This document shows positions 48,929-53,411 of a stretch of DNA of 53,411 bases, one piece after another; position 1 is the first letter of the stretch; every line of letters starts with the position of its first letter. The notes beneath the pieces were generated by a model. The model was not told the origin of the DNA. It saw only the letters and a program-made list of their open reading frames with translations, and ran no database searches. The DNA lies in the NCBI GenBank assembly GCA_903906055.1, contig CAIVIS010000072.1, forward strand, positions 1 through 53,411, given 5' to 3'. This stretch comes from an uncultured Acidimicrobiaceae bacterium. Its GTDB lineage: Bacteria > Actinomycetota > Acidimicrobiia > Acidimicrobiales > RAAP-2. The position numbers and the translations under genes are program-made.

Positions 48929-49305
48929 CCCTCTGTGAGCTGGCGGTAGGCCCCGGCATCGAGGAGCGCATCCACCGCCGCCGGATCCGAAGGCACGATC
49001 TCACAGAGCCATCCTTCACCGTAGGGATCGCTGTTCATCAGCTCGGGAGCATCGCCCAGTCCGGTGTTGACGGCCACCACTTCGCCGGCCACCGGGGCGT
49101 AGATCTCCGAGACCGACTTGGTCGACTCCACCTCGCCGATCAGCCCTCCGGACTCCACGGTCGCACCAGGTTCGGGCAGGTCGACGAAGACCACATCGCC
49201 CAACGCGTCCTGGGCGTAATCGGTGATGCCGATGCGAATCCGATCGCCCGCTGTGCGGGCCCACTCGTGGTCGCTCGAATACCGCTGATCTTCAGGCACG
49301 TTCAT
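48925..49305 (-). CDS. gcvH: Glycine cleavage system H protein
   Basis: Lipoyl-lysine motif VESTKSVSEIYAPVAGEV. 126 aa. Confidence 0.95.
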   Translation of the reverse strand: MNVPEDQRYSSDHEWARTAGDRIRIGITDYAQDALGDVVFVDLPEPGATVESGGLIGEVESTKSVSEIYAPVAGEVVAVNTGLGDAPELMNSDPYGEGWLCEIVPSDPAAVDALLDAGAYRQLTEG

Positions 49306-49356
49306 GGCGCCCGACCCTATCCGACCGGTAACGACGCTGCCTGCCGGCTCGACCCG

Positions 49357-51843
49357 CTAGCGCATCAGCTGTTCGAGCCGAGTGACGTACTCCTGGACGC
49401 GAGCCTCGGACTGTGCGCTGCTGGGCGCCTCCGCCCACACGTGAGTCAGCGGCTCCTCAGGATCAGGCAGCACCAAGGCCCACCCGTCGTCCTCCATCAC
49501 CTTCACCCCGTCCACCAGGACCAACTCGCGGCCCTGGGACCGCTCCACCAGGGTCCGCATCAGCATCCCCTTCTGATCCCATGGCGTATGCACCGACTGG
49601 TGGGCGATCCGCACCGGAGGCATGGCCGCTACCAGGTCGGACAGGCGCTGACCGGACGTCGTCAGCAGGGCCATGAGGTTGACCAGGGTGGCGGCACCGT
49701 CGAAGGCGGGCAGGAAGGCCGGGAAGATGAACCCGCCGGACTGACTGGCGGCCAGAGTCACGTGCTCGGAGTGAGCCACGTCCATCAGGTGAGAGGCGGA
49801 CAGCTTGGTCCAGATGATTTCGGCTCCGGCATCGCGGCAGATCCGCTCGGCTACCACGCTGGCGGCCACCGGCAGCGCAATGCGGGCACCGGGGACAGCA
49901 TCGGTCACCAGCGTGACGAGGACCAGTAGCGCTTCGTCGTGACTGAGCGTGTGGCCCAGGTCGTCGACGATGTCCACGAACTCACCACCCGGGTCCAGTA
50001 CGGCGCCCAGATGTGCGCCCGATGCCCGGACCAGCTCGGAGACCCGGGCCGCGGCCGACGCCCGGTCGAAAGCCACCACGTTGGCCGTATTGGCGTAGGG
50101 ATTGACCACCAATACATCGGCCTCGATCTTGGCCAGCAGGTTGGGCATGACGAAACTGGCCGTCCCGAAGGAGTAGTCGAGGACGAGCTTGAGACCGGCG
50201 GCTCGGGCCGAAGACAGGTCGACCGAGTCGATCAGGGCCGAGGTGTAGTGCTCGAGCGTCCGGGGTGGGAAGCCGAGGTCGCCGATCTCTCGGGCCAGGA
50301 CCCGTCGGAAGTCCTCGCGGTGATACAGGCGCTCGATCTTGCGCTGCGCCGCTTCGTCGATGTCGATGCCGTTTTCGTCGAAGAAGCGGAGCACCACCGA
50401 CTGGGGGTCATCAGGGTCGAGCCGCACGGTCACCCCGGCCGTGCTGGACGACGAGGTGATCTGGAACCGGGTCACCGGCACGGTGGCGGCCTCGAGGTCG
50501 TCGACGTTCACGCCAGCCGCGTTGCAGCCGACCATGATGGCCCGCTTCAGGACTCGGGCGGCTCGGCTGGTGTCGCGCGAACTGGTGACGGTCGCACCCT
50601 TCTCCAGGGTCGAGGCCCAGGCCATCGAGAGCCGGACGGCAAGTTCGGGGCTGATATCCACATTGGCCAGGCCTCGGACACCGTCACGTCCGAACAGCGA
50701 GCGGGCTCCCCGCGACTCCCACACGATCGAGGAGTTGACGATGGCCCCGGCCTCGACCGTCTTGAACGGGTAGATCTTCACCCCGGCACTGATCTCGGCG
50801 TGGGCGCCCACGAAGCACTCGTCGCCGAGGACTACGCCCTCTTCGCAGCGGACCCCTTGGCGCAGATCAGAGCCGCGGCCGAGCACACTGCCCTCGACCC
50901 GTACCCCGGCACCGAGGTAGGTGTTGTCGTGTACCACGGAGCGCTCGACGACGGCGTTGTCGCCAATGCGGACGTTACGCCCCAGCGTGCAGTACGCCCC
51001 CAGGCTGGCCCCGGGACCGACCACGCAGTTGTCGCCGATGACGGCCGGGCCGACCATCTCGACGCTGGGGTCGATTTCGGCGCCCTTGCCCACCCAGATG
51101 CCTGGACGAAGCGGAAACCCCTCGATGTCGACGTGGACCTTGCGGTCCAGGATGTCCTGGTGGGAGCTGACGTAGGCCTCGAGCGTGCCGACGTCTTCCC
51201 AGTACCCGTCGGCCACGTAGCCATACAGGCCCTTGCCGGCGGCCAGAGCGGCCGGGAACGAATCGGCCGAGAAGTCCACGGCCTCACTCTCAGCGATAAA
51301 ATCGAAGATCTCGGGCTCGAGCACGTAGATCCCGGTGTTGATGGTGTCGCTGAACACCTGGCCCCATGTGGGCTTCTCCAAGAACCGCTCGATGGAGCCG
51401 TCCTCGTTGGTGATGACGATCCCGAACTCCAGGGGGTTCTCGACCGCCTTGAGGGCCAAGGTGGCCAGTCCGCCATGGCTGTCGTGGAAGTCCACGACCT
51501 TTCCGAGATCGATGTCGGTGAGCACGTCGCCTGAGATGACCAGGAACCGCTCATCGAGTTCATCCTTGGCGTTGCGGACCGACCCGGCCGTGCCGAGCGG
51601 GGTGGACTCGGTGGCGTAGACCATGCGGACGCCGAACTCGGAGCCGTCCCCGAAGTAGGTGCGGATGGCGTTGGCCATGAAGGCCACCGTGACCACGATG
51701 TCCTCGAATCCGTGCGTGCGGAGCAGGTTGACCACATGCTCCATCATCGGGATATTGGCCATGGGCAGCATGGGCTTGGGTTGGTTGGAGGTCAGCGGAC
51801 GCAGTCGGGTCCCCTCACCACCAGCCATGATCACGGCCTTCAT
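49357..51843 (-). CDS. Fused sugar-1-phosphate nucleotidyltransferase (ManC/GMPP-like, with left-handed beta-helix) and phosphomannomutase/phosphoglucomutase-family domain
   Basis: N-terminal MKAVIMAGGEGTRLRPLTSNQPKPML, followed by hexapeptide-repeat segments. The C-terminal roughly 450 aa are alpha-D-phosphohexomutase-like. Confidence 0.85.
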   Translation of the reverse strand: MKAVIMAGGEGTRLRPLTSNQPKPMLPMANIPMMEHVVNLLRTHGFEDIVVTVAFMANAIRTYFGDGSEFGVRMVYATESTPLGTAGSVRNAKDELDERFLVISGDVLTDIDLGKVVDFHDSHGGLATLALKAVENPLEFGIVITNEDGSIERFLEKPTWGQVFSDTINTGIYVLEPEIFDFIAESEAVDFSADSFPAALAAGKGLYGYVADGYWEDVGTLEAYVSSHQDILDRKVHVDIEGFPLRPGIWVGKGAEIDPSVEMVGPAVIGDNCVVGPGASLGAYCTLGRNVRIGDNAVVERSVVHDNTYLGAGVRVEGSVLGRGSDLRQGVRCEEGVVLGDECFVGAHAEISAGVKIYPFKTVEAGAIVNSSIVWESRGARSLFGRDGVRGLANVDISPELAVRLSMAWASTLEKGATVTSSRDTSRAARVLKRAIMVGCNAAGVNVDDLEAATVPVTRFQITSSSSTAGVTVRLDPDDPQSVVLRFFDENGIDIDEAAQRKIERLYHREDFRRVLAREIGDLGFPPRTLEHYTSALIDSVDLSSARAAGLKLVLDYSFGTASFVMPNLLAKIEADVLVVNPYANTANVVAFDRASAAARVSELVRASGAHLGAVLDPGGEFVDIVDDLGHTLSHDEALLVLVTLVTDAVPGARIALPVAASVVAERICRDAGAEIIWTKLSASHLMDVAHSEHVTLAASQSGGFIFPAFLPAFDGAATLVNLMALLTTSGQRLSDLVAAMPPVRIAHQSVHTPWDQKGMLMRTLVERSQGRELVLVDGVKVMEDDGWALVLPDPEEPLTHVWAEAPSSAQSEARVQEYVTRLEQLMR

Positions 51844-51848
51844 CGGGT

Positions 51849-51934
51849 ACTCGCCTTCATGGGATCACTCGCCTTCATGGGATCATCGCCGTGCCGTCTG
51901 GTCTTCATCATCGCCTTGTCGTCTGGTCTTCATC
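51849..51934. repeat. Two adjacent tandem duplications: 18 bp x2 (51849-51884) and 25 bp x2 (51885-51934)
   Basis: actcgccttcatgggatc x2 (perfect). atcgccgtgccgtctggtcttcatc / atcgccttgtcgtctggtcttcatc (3 mismatches). Together they span the gap between the phosphatidyltransferase stop and the nucleotidyltransferase start. Confidence 0.95.
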
Positions 51935-52699
51935 ATGGTGGCGGCCGTCGGACAACGCCTTGCGGGCCACCGGAACGTAGGAGCCAGCCGCCACCCAGGC
52001 CAGGGTCAGACCCACCAGCCCGAATCCCCACGCCACGATATGCACCACGGTCTGCCAGGTTGCCGCTCCATCGCTGACCAAGAAGAGCGGGTAGGCGAAC
52101 ATCAGGGCGAACGTCCCCGCCTTACCCACCCACAGGACGTCGATGCGGGCGGCCCCGAGCGAGGCCAGCAGCAAGACGGCGGCGGACACGACGACCTCGC
52201 GAGCCAGTGTGGCCACACCGAACCAGAGCGGGACCGCCCCGTGCGCGGTGATCGTGACGACGGCGGTGACCATCAGGACCCGGTCGGCCACGGGGTCCAG
52301 GACCTTGCCGAACGTAGACACCTGGTGGAAGCGCCGGGCGACATAGCCATCGATCCAGTCGGTGGCACCTAGGACACCCAGCAGTATGGCTGCCGCCGTC
52401 TGACGCTGGGCCCCGAAGAGCAGCCACACGAAGAGCGGAATGCAAGCCAGTCGCACGCAAGTGATCAGGTTGGGGGCAGTGAGTATCCGGTCCAGGCCCG
52501 GGTCATCGTCCGCACTGACTGCAGCGTCGGACCCGTCCGCACCGTCCGACCCGTCCGAGCCGAGCGACAGATCGTCACCGTTCGCTGTCATCGGGCCCGC
52601 CTCTACTCCGTCCACGGCGACCAGTCTACGAGTCCGCCCACCACGGACGGTGCCATCTGTTGACAGTTCCGCCGCACGGCCCGCGACCGCCTCCTGCAC
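51908..52699 (-). CDS. CDP-alcohol phosphatidyltransferase (PgsA-type)
   Basis: D-x2-DG-x2-AR-x8-G-x3-D-x3-D motif (TDWIDGYVARRFHQVSTFGKVLDPVADR). The start is GTG 52699 or ATG 52591. The N-terminal tail is Asp/Gly/Ser repeat-rich. Confidence 0.85.
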   Translation of the reverse strand: MQEAVAGRAAELSTDGTVRGGRTRRLVAVDGVEAGPMTANGDDLSLGSDGSDGADGSDAAVSADDDPGLDRILTAPNLITCVRLACIPLFVWLLFGAQRQTAAAILLGVLGATDWIDGYVARRFHQVSTFGKVLDPVADRVLMVTAVVTITAHGAVPLWFGVATLAREVVVSAAVLLLASLGAARIDVLWVGKAGTFALMFAYPLFLVSDGAATWQTVVHIVAWGFGLVGLTLAWVAAGSYVPVARKALSDGRHHDEDQTTRR

Positions 52700-52733
52700 C
52701 CACTGTCGTACCTAGGTAGGTCACAATGGAACG

Positions 52734-53411
52734 ATGTCGGGGATCAGCCGGGTCGACCGGGCCATCGGGGTCGCACTTGTGGCCGTGCTGGCCGCCCTGG
52801 CCGGGCTGGGTTACTCCCAGAACGTCCGGGCCGCTTCGGCGATGTCGACGGGAGGCCTCGCCAGCCAAGGGGCTGGCTCCCCCGCCGCCGGCTCCTCGGC
52901 CCCCTCAGTACTTTCCTCACCGTCGACGACAGATCCGGCGTCCACCACGACCACGACCAGCACCGAACCCGGCCCGATACCCGGCCCGGTGACCGCAGTC
53001 GGTGACTCGATCCTGCTGGACATTCAGCCCCAGCTCAGCATCGACATCCCCGGGGTGACCGTCGATGGATTGGTCAGCCGCCAGTTCGAGACCGGGATCG
53101 GCGTCGTCCAGTCTCATCGGGCCGCTGGCACCCTAGGTCGGGTCTTGGTGGTGGAGTTGGGCACGAACGGGGCAGTGACCGCCTCCGATGTCGACGCCAT
53201 CATGCAGGCCGCTACCGGGGTCGCCCGAGTGGTGCTGGTCAACGTGTGTGTGCCGAGGGACTGGATGGCGACCGACAATGCCGTGCTGGCCGCCGGGGTG
53301 GCCCGCTATCCCGGCCTCGCCGTGCTGGCCGACTGGAACACGCTGGCCACGCCCCACCCAGAGTGGTTCACGGCCGACCAGGTCCACCTCAACCCGGACG
53401 GCGCCACCGCA
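52734..53411 (+). CDS. Membrane-anchored/secreted SGNH(GDSL)-type hydrolase-like protein, 3-prime partial (runs off the window)
   Basis: Not in the supplied track. My translation from ATG 52734 is [28 protein letters not shown]..., then a Ser/Thr/Pro linker, AVGDSILLD (GDS block), VVELGTNG (G/N block) and WFTADQVHLNPDG (DxxH block). The frame stays open to the last base. Confidence 0.6.
   Translation, partial: MSGISRVDRAIGVALVAVLAALAGLGYSQNVRAASAMSTGGLASQGAGSPAAGSSAPSVLSSPSTTDPASTTTTTSTEPGPIPGPVTAVGDSILLDIQPQLSIDIPGVTVDGLVSRQFETGIGVVQSHRAAGTLGRVLVVELGTNGAVTASDVDAIMQAATGVARVVLVNVCVPRDWMATDNAVLAAGVARYPGLAVLADWNTLATPHPEWFTADQVHLNPDGATA

Noticed and set aside
49939-51534. Very long ORFs antisense to, or out of frame with, well-supported genes. 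Examples: 49939-51534+, 31882-33528+, 12605-13741+, 3755-4957-, 10697-11875-, 9223-10452- and 36648-37553-.
   Set aside because: They overlap genes with clear family motifs, are Arg/Gly/Pro/His-rich, and lack recognisable motifs. Long stop-free antisense frames are expected in high-GC DNA.

Overview
High-GC, actinobacterial-type chromosomal window. The taxon is inferred from fbiC/F420 biosynthesis, DUF732- and DUF2510-like domains, and the gcvH-FHA-MerR-BFN block that is syntenic with Mycobacterium Rv1826-Rv1829; it may be an Acidimicrobiia-like lineage. I support about 45 protein genes. I could not recognise any rRNA, tRNA, transposase, integrase or CRISPR array. Most of the window is core metabolism. 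On the plus strand: tal-gnd-zwf-pgl (no opcA), fbiC, a LOG-family gene, a PAS/GAF/HD-GYP sensor, a TetR regulator with an RsbW-like/GNAT protein, and thiO-thiS-thiG-thiD. On the minus strand: an acyl-CoA ligase, gltB-gltD, an S9 peptidase, the gcvH/FHA/MerR/BFN block, a fused sugar-1-P nucleotidyltransferase/phosphomannomutase, and a CDP-alcohol phosphatidyltransferase. The most unusual content lies at about 13.8-24.1 kb. It starts with a six-gene, translationally coupled operon (13821-18512) encoding two secreted low-complexity proteins, a signal-less ApbE flavin transferase, a stand-alone 6-TM ferric-reductase (NOX-type bis-heme) domain, a NuoF/RnfC-like NADH flavoprotein and a small ferredoxin. 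I read this as a candidate split transmembrane electron-export system. It is followed by a lytic-transglycosylase/NlpC-P60 hydrolase, an orphan 523-aa secreted protein with a 614-bp leader, a GH43-DUF732 lipoprotein and a small lipoprotein. A second window-wide signal is a high density of short, mostly perfect tandem repeats that sit on stop/start junctions. Examples are a 27-bp x3.8 repeat between pgl and fbiC that is open in all three frames, and duplicated start-codon modules upstream of the nucleotidyltransferase gene. I also see two probable frameshifted membrane-protein genes and one partial ORF at the window's 3-prime end that is absent from the supplied track. All functional calls come from motif recognition by eye; no database search was run.
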